Assembly: GCA_011364975.1 (NCBI GenBank)
Contig: RDOE01000003.1
Coordinates: forward strand, 14,565 to 78,564
DNA from: Promethearchaeota archaeon
GTDB taxonomy: Archaea > Asgardarchaeota > Lokiarchaeia > Sigyniarchaeales > SOKP01
Direction: 5' to 3'
DNA length: 64,000 bases
Under the pieces are notes generated by a model. The model did not search any database. It was not told the origin of the DNA and saw only the letters and a program-made list of their open reading frames with translations. Numbering within the stretch: position 1 is the stretch's first letter; each line of letters begins with the position of its first letter. Below are positions 10,663 to 20,394 of the stretch, in pieces. A program made the position numbers and the translations under genes.

Positions 10663-10957
10663 TGTAAAGACCTCTTTAATTAATTTCGTCGGATTCTAAT
10701 TGTATTATATGGCTTATTATTAAATTATTAACTTAATTTGTTTTATTATTATGATTAATATTTGGATAATATCAATTCCTAAATTTAAAAATAAGCTCTG
10801 ACAATTTTGTTTTCTTTTTACGTACGACAAAAGATTGTTAGCGGTTGTGTGTACAAATCTTAATTTTTAAGTTTTAATGCTTAGAAATAAACATTTCTGA
10901 CAAGAACATAATAAATGAGAAAATTCTTTTGAAATGTATTTTTTTTTAGCTTTAATA

Positions 10958-11620
10958 ATGGATAATTTAGAAAATCAATACCAAGATATCATAAAGCATT
11001 TTCCTAATGTTAAGCTTAATAATAATTTAATATCTCATCTTTCAATTACCATAAAGAATGGAAACATTTTGGAAATTGATTATAGAAATTTTCCCAAAAA
11101 ACCTAAAGTTAAACTACTCAATCAAAAGGGGGAGGTATATAGAAAACTTGATAGGGTGATTTATTCCTTAAATACTTGGAAATCAAATCATCCTAAAAAA
11201 ATCTCAGAAATAATCAATGAAATCATAATTTTTATTAACAATTTGGAATCTAACACTATTTTAATAAAAGCTGAATTATTAGAGGGAATTTTGCGTTTAT
11301 GTCATGAACATCATCCAAGAGAAATCTTAGGAATTTTGAAAACGGAAAAAAATATTTTTACTGAATTCATTTTGCCTCCAGGCACACTTACTTCAAATAC
11401 ATCTGGGATATATTCTTCCTCTAGACTGCCATTAGATAATTTTTATCAGGCAAGTGTTCATTCACATCCTTCTGGAAATCTTCGTCCCTCACCACAAGAT
11501 TTAGGGGATATTTTTAAAAAGTTCAAATGTCATTTCATAATAGGATTCCCTTATGGACCAAAAAATATAAGATGTTATGATAAAAATGGAAAAATACTAA
11601 ACATTAAAGTTATAAAATAA
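10958..11620 (+). CDS. JAMM/MPN+ metalloprotease fused to an N-terminal UBC/UEV-like domain
   Basis: HPREILG plus HSHPSGNLRPSPQD gives E..HxHx7SxxD; the N-terminal part has IDY.NFP.KP.V and L.TW....P..ISEII; likely ATG 10958. Confidence 0.8.
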   Translation: MDNLENQYQDIIKHFPNVKLNNNLISHLSITIKNGNILEIDYRNFPKKPKVKLLNQKGEVYRKLDRVIYSLNTWKSNHPKKISEIINEIIIFINNLESNTILIKAELLEGILRLCHEHHPREILGILKTEKNIFTEFILPPGTLTSNTSGIYSSSRLPLDNFYQASVHSHPSGNLRPSPQDLGDIFKKFKCHFIIGFPYGPKNIRCYDKNGKILNIKVIK

Positions 11621-11992
11621 TCCAACAGTAAGAAATAATGCCAATTTTATTCTTTCTTATAAAGAATAAATTTTATTTTATCTCTATTAACAACGAAATT
11701 TTACTAAAATGAAAAAGTTATTTTTTTCAATTTTTTTTACCTTTTAAGATGAAAACTCAGTAATTATATTGTTTAATCTGATCTATATAGTAACTTTTAA
11801 TGACATTTTTATGCTAAAAATTAACATAATCCGTCATTTCAATAAATTTTAAATACTCTTTTAGGATTAGTTTACATTATAAAAGATATTATTACTAGAT
11901 TTAACAATATACTTTTTTTTTAATTGTTAATTCTTAACTCATGTAAATTTTTTAATAAAAATCAAACATAAATTTTTGAATTCAGAAAGAAA

Positions 11993-14900
11993 ATGTCGGA
12001 AAATAAGTTAAGTTCAATAATGATTATAGGAGCAGGTATTTCGGGGATTGAAGCAAGTTTATCGTTGGCAGAACAAGGTTATAAAGTGATACTTGTAGAA
12101 AGAACCTCCTCAGTTGGAGGTAGAATGGCACAACTAGACAAAACATTTCCTACTTTGGATTGTTCTATATGTATTCTCGCACCAAAAATGGTTGAAAGTA
12201 GTAGACATCCTAATATCGAACTTCTTCCTTATTCTGAAGTGGAAGAAATCAATGGTGAAGCAGGCAAATTTACCGTTAAAATAAAGAAGAAGGCTAAATA
12301 CGTGAATTGGGATGTTTGCACTGGTTGTGGAGCCTGTAGTGAAAAATGCCCTATGAAAAAAATACCTTCCGAATTTGAAGAATCTATGGGAAATCGTACA
12401 GCAATATATATTCCATTTCCTCAAGCAGTTCCACGTAAAGCAGTGATAGATGCTAAAAAGTGTCTTTATCTAACGAAGGGAGCCTGTCAATTATGTGAAA
12501 AAGAATGTGAAGCTGGAGCGATAAATTGGGAGGATAAAGATGAATTAAAAACCTATGACGTTGCTTCTATTATCGTTGCTACTGGGTATGATCAACTTAA
12601 TCCTTCTGTAATAGATAGATATCATTTTGAAGAATATCCAAACGTTATAACTGCCATGCAATATGAGAGATTATTGAGTGCATCGGGCCCTACTGGAGGA
12701 GAACTAATACGTCCATCTGATAAAAAACATGCTCATAATATAGCTTTTGTTGCATGTGTTGGATCTCGTAATGAGGATCTATGTGCATATTGTTCTAAAT
12801 TTTGTTGCATGTATATGGCAAAAGAAGGAGTGGTAACGAGAGAACATGCTCCAGAAACAGATGTACATATTTATTTCAATGATATTCGCGTTATTGGAAA
12901 AAATCAAGAAGAATTTATAGAGAGAGCAAAAGAAGAATATGATTTACATTATCATCATGGAATCCCGGGGGATGTAAGAGAAAATCCGGAAAATCATAAT
13001 TTGTACGTTAAATCAGCTAATTTAGATACAGGAGAAGTTGAAACAAGAGAATTTGACCTTGTAGTGTTAGCAAATGCCGTAAAACCAAGAGAAGATGCCG
13101 AACAGTTAGCTAAAATACTGGGAATTGAACGAAATGAATTAGGTTTTTTCAAAACAGATAATTCTACGGAAGACCTAAAATCTACTCGTGAGGGCATCTT
13201 CGTAACAGGATCATGTCAATCTCCTGATGATATTGCAAATTCTGTGGCTAAAGCAGGTGGAGCTGCAGCATTAGCTGCTACATATGCCGTTCCGTTAAGT
13301 GCGGAAGAGACTAAAGTAGAACTCCCACCATTAAGAGAAGTAAAACCTAGTGATGCACCTAAGATAGGTGTGTTCATATGTAGATGCGGGATAAACATCG
13401 GAGGATATATGGACATTCCCAATTTAGTTGATTATGCTAAGTCATTACCTCACGTTGCCTTTGCGATGGAAAACAAATATAGTTGTTCCCAATTAACACA
13501 AGATATTATTAAAGAAAAGATATCCGAGCTAGATTTGAATAGGGTTGTTGTTGCGGCATGTACTCCACGAACCCATGAACCGTTATTCCAGAAAACTATC
13601 AGGGAGGCAGGACTAAACGAATATTTATTCAATTTTGTCAGTATTCGTGAATTAGATTCATGGGTACATATGCATGACAATCCTAGAGCTACAGATAAAG
13701 CGAAAGACCTTATTAGAATGGGTGTTGCTCGAGTAAGTAATCAAAAACCAGAGTATAAAATTAAAGGAAAGGTCGTTCCAGAGGCTCTGGTGGTAGGTGG
13801 AGGAATCTCAGGAATAAGTGCCGCAATTGAAATTGCAAATAAAGGCTTTAAAGTGCATCTTGTTGAACAAACCGATAAATTAGGGGGTCAATTAAATTTA
13901 ATCTACAAAATCAATTTTGACCGTATTGATTCAAAACAATTCTTAGAAGGAACATTAAAGCAATATAATCAAATGAAGAACATCATCACTTACTTAAATT
14001 CGAATGTCTTGGATGTTAAAGGATCCATTGGAGATTTTAAAGTTAAAGTCAAAAATAAAATTGAAAACAAAGAATTCGATTTAAATGTGGGTACAATTAT
14101 CACTGCGACAGGTGCTTATGAATATAAGCCCAAAGGGTGGTACCATTATGGAGAGAATGAGAATGTAATGACTCAATTAGAACTTTCAGAAAAGCTAAGA
14201 AAAAATGAGCTAAAAGATGGTGAGACGTTTGTTTTCATACATTGTGTTGGGTCTAGACAACCAGAAGGTGGTAACGGAGTAACATATTGTTCCTTAATCT
14301 GCTGTTCTGAATCGATCAGACATGCTTTATATGTTAAAGAGAATTACCCTAATTCAAATCTTTACGTATTATATCGAGATATTCGCGTAGGAACAGACGA
14401 AGAACCTTATTACTGGAAAGCTCGGGAAAATATTAACTATATACGATTTAATGATTATCCCACTGTTGATATCAAAAATGGAAAACTAATGGTAAATGTA
14501 AAAGATATATTAACACAAGTCGATCTTAATATTGAAGCAGATAAAGTAATATTATCCACTCCATTAATTCCAAATGACACCCAAAAGTTAGGAGAGATGA
14601 TCAAATGTGCAAGAGACCAAAACGGGTTTTTCTTAGAAGCACATATTAAATTGCGACCTGTTGATTTTGCAACAGACGGAATATATTTATCAGGTACCTG
14701 CCATGGCCCAAAAGGAATCGCAGATTCTATTTCTCAAGGACGAGCCGCTGCAGCGCATGCGTTAATTCCCCTAATTTCAGGAGAAGTTGAAAATGAACCA
14801 CTAGTATCAGTTGTAAACTCTGCATTATGCATTGCATGTCAGAAGTGTGAAGAAGTGTGTAATTTTGGTGCTATTGGAGTCAACTTTGATAACGAAATAT

Positions 14901-15490
14901 TAGTATCTGAATCTAATCCATTACTTTGTAAAGGTTGTGGAGATTGTGCTGCCGCTTGTCCTGCAGGAGCAATTACTATGAGTCATTTTGCTGATGAGCA
15001 AATTACTCCCATGATCCGGGAAGCTGTAAAAGGTGATTTTGTTGATGAAAGACCTCGTATTGTAGCGTTCTTATGCAATTGGTGTAGTTATGCCGGAGCC
15101 GATACTTGTGGAGTAAGTAGGTTTCAATATCCTACCAATATAAGACCCATCAGAGTCATGTGTACAGGTAGAATTCCAAAAAGTTTCATTTTACAGGCAT
15201 TTCTGGAAGGTGCAGACGGTGTTTTTGTTGGGGGTTGTCATATTGGCGATTGTCATTATTTAGAAGGGAATTATGATATGTTAAGACGATATAATGAAGT
15301 TCATGAAATCTTAGAAAAGGTAGGAATTAATCGAGAGAGATATCGATTAGAATGGGTTTCAGCAAGTGAGGGAAAGCGATTTTCTCAAGTTGTTACTGAG
15401 TTTGTAGATAAAGTAAAAGAGTTAGGTCCTATGCCAAAAACAGGAGATAGAATTGAACCTAAAAAAGAAAAAGTTAAGGAGAGTGCATAA
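11993..15490 (+). CDS. hdrA: Heterodisulfide reductase subunit A-like flavoprotein (two FAD modules) fused to MvhD
   Basis: Two GxGxxG FAD motifs, DKTFPTLDCSIC, CVGSR...CS..CC twice, internal CRCGINI..AACTPRTHE domain, ferredoxin modules; C-terminal MvhD CNWCSY..RVMCTGR..GCHIGDCHY. Confidence 0.95.
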   Translation: MSENKLSSIMIIGAGISGIEASLSLAEQGYKVILVERTSSVGGRMAQLDKTFPTLDCSICILAPKMVESSRHPNIELLPYSEVEEINGEAGKFTVKIKKKAKYVNWDVCTGCGACSEKCPMKKIPSEFEESMGNRTAIYIPFPQAVPRKAVIDAKKCLYLTKGACQLCEKECEAGAINWEDKDELKTYDVASIIVATGYDQLNPSVIDRYHFEEYPNVITAMQYERLLSASGPTGGELIRPSDKKHAHNIAFVACVGSRNEDLCAYCSKFCCMYMAKEGVVTREHAPETDVHIYFNDIRVIGKNQEEFIERAKEEYDLHYHHGIPGDVRENPENHNLYVKSANLDTGEVETREFDLVVLANAVKPREDAEQLAKILGIERNELGFFKTDNSTEDLKSTREGIFVTGSCQSPDDIANSVAKAGGAAALAATYAVPLSAEETKVELPPLREVKPSDAPKIGVFICRCGINIGGYMDIPNLVDYAKSLPHVAFAMENKYSCSQLTQDIIKEKISELDLNRVVVAACTPRTHEPLFQKTIREAGLNEYLFNFVSIRELDSWVHMHDNPRATDKAKDLIRMGVARVSNQKPEYKIKGKVVPEALVVGGGISGISAAIEIANKGFKVHLVEQTDKLGGQLNLIYKINFDRIDSKQFLEGTLKQYNQMKNIITYLNSNVLDVKGSIGDFKVKVKNKIENKEFDLNVGTIITATGAYEYKPKGWYHYGENENVMTQLELSEKLRKNELKDGETFVFIHCVGSRQPEGGNGVTYCSLICCSESIRHALYVKENYPNSNLYVLYRDIRVGTDEEPYYWKARENINYIRFNDYPTVDIKNGKLMVNVKDILTQVDLNIEADKVILSTPLIPNDTQKLGEMIKCARDQNGFFLEAHIKLRPVDFATDGIYLSGTCHGPKGIADSISQGRAAAAHALIPLISGEVENEPLVSVVNSALCIACQKCEEVCNFGAIGVNFDNEILVSESNPLLCKGCGDCAAACPAGAITMSHFADEQITPMIREAVKGDFVDERPRIVAFLCNWCSYAGADTCGVSRFQYPTNIRPIRVMCTGRIPKSFILQAFLEGADGVFVGGCHIGDCHYLEGNYDMLRRYNEVHEILEKVGINRERYRLEWVSASEGKRFSQVVTEFVDKVKELGPMPKTGDRIEPKKEKVKESA

Positions 15491-15493
15491 AAA

Positions 15494-16027
15494 GTGACTG
15501 AGATGTTAAAGAAAAATGCGGATAATTTAGATCATTCATTTAGATATGAAATAAGTGCAAAAGTTGGGGCTAAATCACTTCTTAAATGCATTCAGTGCGG
15601 TGTTTGTAGTAGTGGTTGTACTGTGACTGAATATGTAGACTTACAACCCCATAGAGTCGTTGCTTCGTGTCTTTTAGGCTTAAAAGAGGAAGTGTTATCC
15701 AGTAATGCAATTTGGACTTGTTCATTGTGCCATAGATGTACTGAGAGATGCCCTAAAAACGTTGATTATTCCTTTATTTTAGCGTTATTAAGAAATTTGG
15801 CAGTAAAGGAAGGAAAAATTCCGAAAGAATACTCAAGTACTGTGGTCACTATCTATAATAATGGATATGTTGTTCCATATACGGGGGGATTGAAAGATAA
15901 TATTGATAGACGACGAGGAAAAATGGGATTACCAGAATTAGTCCCCCCGGACCTCAAAGAGATTCAATTTATAATTGAAGAAACAGGTCTTGGGGCTCTT
16001 GCAAAAGAAAAGGAGGATGATAAATAA
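15494..16027 (+). CDS. hdrC: Heterodisulfide reductase subunit C
   Basis: CIQCGVCSSGC and WTCSLCHRCTERCP; lies between hdrA and hdrB. Confidence 0.93.
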   Translation: MTEMLKKNADNLDHSFRYEISAKVGAKSLLKCIQCGVCSSGCTVTEYVDLQPHRVVASCLLGLKEEVLSSNAIWTCSLCHRCTERCPKNVDYSFILALLRNLAVKEGKIPKEYSSTVVTIYNNGYVVPYTGGLKDNIDRRRGKMGLPELVPPDLKEIQFIIEETGLGALAKEKEDDK

Positions 16028-16914
16028 TGAAAAAAGAATTGGGATTTTTTATTGGATGCACAATACCGCTTAAATTACCTCATTTAGAAAAGGCTTTTAG
16101 GGATGTAGCAAATATATTAGGCTTGAAACTTAGGGAAATGGAAGGTGTTAGCTGCTGCCCAGAACCAGTTTCTCTTCAATCATTAAATATGGATACTTGG
16201 GTAACCTTAGGGGCTAGAAATTTAGCTATCGCTGAAAAGATGGGTGTAGACATTTTAACCATATGTTCTGGGTGTTATGAAACGTTAAAGACAGTAAGTG
16301 TATTACTAAAGGAGGATAAAGAATATCTGAAGAAGATAAATACAATTTTGAATAAAATCAATTACAAATATACTGGTAAAACTAAAGTATATCACTTTGT
16401 AGAATTATTTAGTGAACCTGAATGGTTAGAAAAGATAAAAAGTTTAGTAGTAAAGCCACTAGATGATTTGAATTTAGCAGTTCATTACGGTTGCCATTTG
16501 GTTAGACCAAGTAAAATCATGCAATTCGATCACCCTGAAAAACCAGAGAAAATTGATGTCATTCTTCAAGCGCTTGGTGCTAAAACGCTAGATTTTGCCA
16601 ATAAACTTGAATGTTGTGGATACTGTGCTAGATTACAAGAGGAGATTGGTGAAAAATTGGTTGAAGATAAAATGACGGAATTATGTGAGCTTGAGGAAGG
16701 AGTAGATGGGTTGATTGCAGTCTGTCCTGCTTGTGTTACACAATATGATAGAAAAGAGAAAATTATAGCAAGAAAATCCGGTAAAGAGTTAGATATCCCT
16801 GTACTCTATTTAGCAGAAATGATGGCAGTAGCACTAGGTGTAGAATTAGAAGATCTAAGTTTAAAAAATAGAAGTGTAAAACCCGATAAGTTAATTGAGA
16901 AATTAACATCCTAA
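16027..16914 (+). CDS. hdrB: Heterodisulfide reductase subunit B
   Basis: CCG domains: GC...SCCP..CSGC and HYGCH..RP..CCG..CPAC..QYD. Confidence 0.95.
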   Translation: MKKELGFFIGCTIPLKLPHLEKAFRDVANILGLKLREMEGVSCCPEPVSLQSLNMDTWVTLGARNLAIAEKMGVDILTICSGCYETLKTVSVLLKEDKEYLKKINTILNKINYKYTGKTKVYHFVELFSEPEWLEKIKSLVVKPLDDLNLAVHYGCHLVRPSKIMQFDHPEKPEKIDVILQALGAKTLDFANKLECCGYCARLQEEIGEKLVEDKMTELCELEEGVDGLIAVCPACVTQYDRKEKIIARKSGKELDIPVLYLAEMMAVALGVELEDLSLKNRSVKPDKLIEKLTS

Positions 16915-17006
16915 GAAGTGTATTTTTTTTCAAAACACAAATTAAGATTAAATTAATGAATCAAAACAAAAAAATGAAAGAAATTTGAAAAAAGGAGTTA
17001 TGTAAT

Positions 17007-17705
17007 ATGATTATTACTCAACAAAAAGATATAAACGAAATTTACGAGATGGTAAAAAACTACAAAAAAATTTTAATTGCTGGCTGTGATGGATGTTGTC
17101 AACCACCTCGCTCTTTAAATGAAGCTAAAGTACTTGGGCAGCTTTTGGAATTAAAGGCGAGAACTGAAGGGAAGGAGTTAAAATGGAAAGCTATAACAGT
17201 TCTAAGGCAATGTGATGATAGAATAGCGGCTACTACTGTAAGTCCCCATATTGAGAATTACGATGCTATTGTATCATTAGCTTGTGGTCTTGGAGTAGTG
17301 ATGTTAAATAAGGTATTGCCAAAAATTTTGACTTTTCCTGCTCAAAATAGCATGTTTGGAGGAGCCCAAAATAGTGGTGAAAATAGCTTTATTGAATACT
17401 GCGAGGAATGTGGTGATTGTATAATTGGAGAAACCGGTGGAGTTTGTCCGAGAGCAGGGTGTGCTAAACATCTTAGCAACGGACCCTGTGGAGGGATGGT
17501 AGATGGAAAGTGTGAAGTTGGTGGATATACTATTCCTTGTGCCTGGGTACAAATGTGGACTAGATTAAAAGAATTTAATAGGCTAGACTTATTTAAGAAA
17601 TATCGAGGCCCTAGAGATTATCGTACTTCAACCAGCCCAAGTTACTTAACAATCTATAAAGAATATACTAATGAAAAAGAAGAGAAGGTGGAGGCGAAAG
17701 AATAA
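17007..17705 (+). CDS. metV: Methylenetetrahydrofolate reductase Fe-S/FMN subunit MetV
   Basis: GCDGC, RQCD, ACGLG, CEECGDC....TGGVCP...CAK.L.NGPCGG...GKCEV and CAW. Confidence 0.92.
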   Translation: MIITQQKDINEIYEMVKNYKKILIAGCDGCCQPPRSLNEAKVLGQLLELKARTEGKELKWKAITVLRQCDDRIAATTVSPHIENYDAIVSLACGLGVVMLNKVLPKILTFPAQNSMFGGAQNSGENSFIEYCEECGDCIIGETGGVCPRAGCAKHLSNGPCGGMVDGKCEVGGYTIPCAWVQMWTRLKEFNRLDLFKKYRGPRDYRTSTSPSYLTIYKEYTNEKEEKVEAKE

Positions 17706-17706
17706 A

Positions 17707-18660
17707 ATGACTAAAAGACCGGCATATAGTAAATTATGCAAAGCTATCGAAGATGGTCATTTCGTATTCACTGGAGAACTTGAGCCTAAAAAAATCTTGG
17801 ATCTTAGTGAGATTTTTCATTCTGCTGAAGAAATGAAGAAAACAGGCAAAATTGTCGCAGCTAACGTGACCGACGGACCACAAGGAGATGCATATATGTC
17901 ATCATTAGTCCCGAGTTATCTTATTCAAGATAAGGTAGGTATTGAAGCGGTTTGGCAAGTTACCGTTCGAGATCGTAATCGTGTAGCCTTATTTGGAGAT
18001 GTAGTCGCAGGTTCGGTTTTAGGTTTAAAGAACATCTTAACGCTTACCGGAGATCATACAGCTTTGGGTGATCATAAAAAAGGACGTCCAGTTTACGATA
18101 TTGATAGCACTCAATTCTGTGAAATGCTTTCCAAGATGATTGATGAAGGAACTGATTATGAAGGTAATCCTCTTGAAGGGGGAAAAATTGAAATGAACTT
18201 TGGATGCGTAGCCAACCCAAATAGCAACCCAAGGGAACCAGAAATTTTTAAAGTAGGCCGTAAAGTCGAACAAGGAGTAGATTTCATTCAAACCCAAACT
18301 GCTTTTGACATAGATCAAGCAAAAGAATTTCTTAAGGAATTAGAGCAATTCAATGTTCCCGTATTACTAGGAGTGTTTCCTCTCAAATCTTATGGTATAG
18401 CCTGGTATTTTGATGCTTACATACCTGGAGTTTCAGTTCCTAAGGATTTATTAGGGGCCTTAAAGAAAGCTGAAAAAGATAACAAGGGAGATAAACAGGC
18501 AAAATATGATGCCCTCGATAAGATCAATATTGAATTTTTCGAACCATTTATCAAAGAAATCAAGAAAAGTACGAAAGCAGCGGGGATTCATTGCATGGCA
18601 GTTGAATACGAAAGACTTTTTGATCCTTTACTTAGAGAATATCCGAAATACGTCAAGTAA
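17707..18660 (+). CDS. metF: Methylenetetrahydrofolate reductase catalytic subunit MetF
   Basis: TGELEP, NVTD, RDRN, LTGDH and FIQTQ; likely ATG 17707. Confidence 0.92.
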   Translation: MTKRPAYSKLCKAIEDGHFVFTGELEPKKILDLSEIFHSAEEMKKTGKIVAANVTDGPQGDAYMSSLVPSYLIQDKVGIEAVWQVTVRDRNRVALFGDVVAGSVLGLKNILTLTGDHTALGDHKKGRPVYDIDSTQFCEMLSKMIDEGTDYEGNPLEGGKIEMNFGCVANPNSNPREPEIFKVGRKVEQGVDFIQTQTAFDIDQAKEFLKELEQFNVPVLLGVFPLKSYGIAWYFDAYIPGVSVPKDLLGALKKAEKDNKGDKQAKYDALDKINIEFFEPFIKEIKKSTKAAGIHCMAVEYERLFDPLLREYPKYVK

Positions 18661-18758
18661 ATTTCTTTAAAACAAAAAAATCTGAGAAAAAATATATTTT
18701 TAATTTTTATTTAACATTTTTTTAAAAAAAAAGAATAAAAGAAGGAGTATGTAAAAAT

Positions 18759-19232
18759 ATGAAAAATTTAGATGATAAAGATAAACGAATTTTAGAAATG
18801 CTTATAGAAGATTCAAGAAGAGCCTACAAAGAAATAGCTGATCAATTATCTAATGAAGGTATGGCATTATCAGAGTCAACCGTTAGAAAGCGTGTAATCA
18901 AATTACAAGAGGATGGTGTAATCGAAAAGTTTACGATTAAAGTTTGTAGGGAGGATGAAAGATGTATTATAGCATTTCTTACTTTAATCCCAAAGTCCGA
19001 ATCGGAGATTAAAGAATTATTACGAGAAACCCAGATTCTTCCACAATGTGATGAAGTTTATTTTCTTGCTGGACAATGTGGGATATTATTAAAAGTTCAA
19101 GTCCCAGAAATTACAGAATTAGATGCAGTTATTGAGAATTTCCGTGGACGAAGTGACGTAAAAAGCGTTGAAAGAGTATGTGTAGTTCTTAAATCATTAA
19201 AAGAATCTAAAGATAGTCGTGTACCTCTATAA
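18759..19232 (+). CDS. Lrp/AsnC family regulator, last co-oriented gene of the hdr-met cluster
   Basis: LDDKDKRIL..L.EDSRR.Y.EIA...SESTVRKRV.KL...GVI..FT. Confidence 0.9.
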   Translation: MKNLDDKDKRILEMLIEDSRRAYKEIADQLSNEGMALSESTVRKRVIKLQEDGVIEKFTIKVCREDERCIIAFLTLIPKSESEIKELLRETQILPQCDEVYFLAGQCGILLKVQVPEITELDAVIENFRGRSDVKSVERVCVVLKSLKESKDSRVPL

Positions 19233-19254
19233 CGTAATCTCTATTTAAGAGATA

Positions 19255-20277
19255 TTAGCTCTGATAATACAATTTTCCATCTTTTAAATGTTTCTGAACA
19301 ATGCCTTTATCCTCAAGATATAATAAATGGCCTACTACCTCACTAAGAGCCATATAAGAATTAATATCATCCATATCATTTCCAAAATGAATTCTAGCTA
19401 TTTCAAAAGGTGTTTTCGGTGCGTTTTTTATTACTTCTGATATTTCTTTTAATCTTATTCTATGATGCTCCTTGATTTCTTGTATTCTTTCATGGGGATT
19501 ATAAATTATTTCTTGGTGCGCGGGAAATATAATTTTTGGATTTAATCTATCTATTATATCCAAGGAATTAAGATATTGATCTAATACATTATTGAAGTTA
19601 TACTCTTTATATTGTTCATATAAGAATTTCGGCACGATAAAATTACCTATGTGAGGAGTAATTCGACTCAGAATATGATCTCCGGAAAATAAATACTTTC
19701 TACTGGTATCGAATATACAAATATGGCCAAAACTATGTCCTGGAGTCCAAATTACTTCTAAGTTGTTTAATATCTTATCACCATTATGCACAATAATATC
19801 TGGCTTTTCAAATATTCTTAATTTTGGCCAGTAAGTAAAGTATTGTATGATTCTTTGTCGATCCTCTTCAGTAAGTCCATATCTTTTCATCTGATAAGAC
19901 ATCTCAATAGCTTGTTTTTCAATTTCCGGAAGTTTTGCTTTATCTGTTTCCCAACTTAAGACTTGCTGGGTAATATCGTGCATTATTATTTTAGTGTTTG
20001 GGCTTTTGCGCCTTAAAGTTTTAATCAATCCAATATGATCTAAATGATGATGTGTAATAATACAGTAATCAATATCTTCCGCCTTAAATCCAAGGCTATG
20101 AAGTTCAGAAAAAAATAAATTAATCCAATTTGCATTATTCAATCCGGCATCAATCAAAACATTCTTCCCTTCTACTTCAACTATATATAGTCTTGTGAAT
20201 TTTACAGGAAAAGGGACATCGATTTTAATTTGGAAGATATCCTCAATCTGCGCTGATTCAGAGGTAATTTTTACCAT
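19255..20277 (-). CDS. Metallo-beta-lactamase fold hydrolase
   Basis: LIDAG, THHHLDH, TPGHS.GH, SGDH and PAH. Confidence 0.9.
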   Translation of the reverse strand: MVKITSESAQIEDIFQIKIDVPFPVKFTRLYIVEVEGKNVLIDAGLNNANWINLFFSELHSLGFKAEDIDYCIITHHHLDHIGLIKTLRRKSPNTKIIMHDITQQVLSWETDKAKLPEIEKQAIEMSYQMKRYGLTEEDRQRIIQYFTYWPKLRIFEKPDIIVHNGDKILNNLEVIWTPGHSFGHICIFDTSRKYLFSGDHILSRITPHIGNFIVPKFLYEQYKEYNFNNVLDQYLNSLDIIDRLNPKIIFPAHQEIIYNPHERIQEIKEHHRIRLKEISEVIKNAPKTPFEIARIHFGNDMDDINSYMALSEVVGHLLYLEDKGIVQKHLKDGKLYYQS

Positions 20278-20394
20278 AGTAATTTCCTTACTTAATCAAA
20301 TATCCTTTATTAAGAAAAATGAGCTCTGTATATTTATTTTATGGTTATTAACCAATATTCTAATTGATATTATCAATACAACCAAAATAGTCTC

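Noticed and set aside
10800-10865. Slightly GC-richer patch with weak hairpins between the GTPase and JAMM genes
   Set aside because: Pairings are short and imperfect and no RNA family motif is visible.
11993-15490. Selenocysteine recoding in HdrA/MvhD
   Set aside because: The ORF is continuous and all candidate positions (CVGSR, CNWCSY, GCHIGDCHY) are Cys codons; there is no in-frame TGA.
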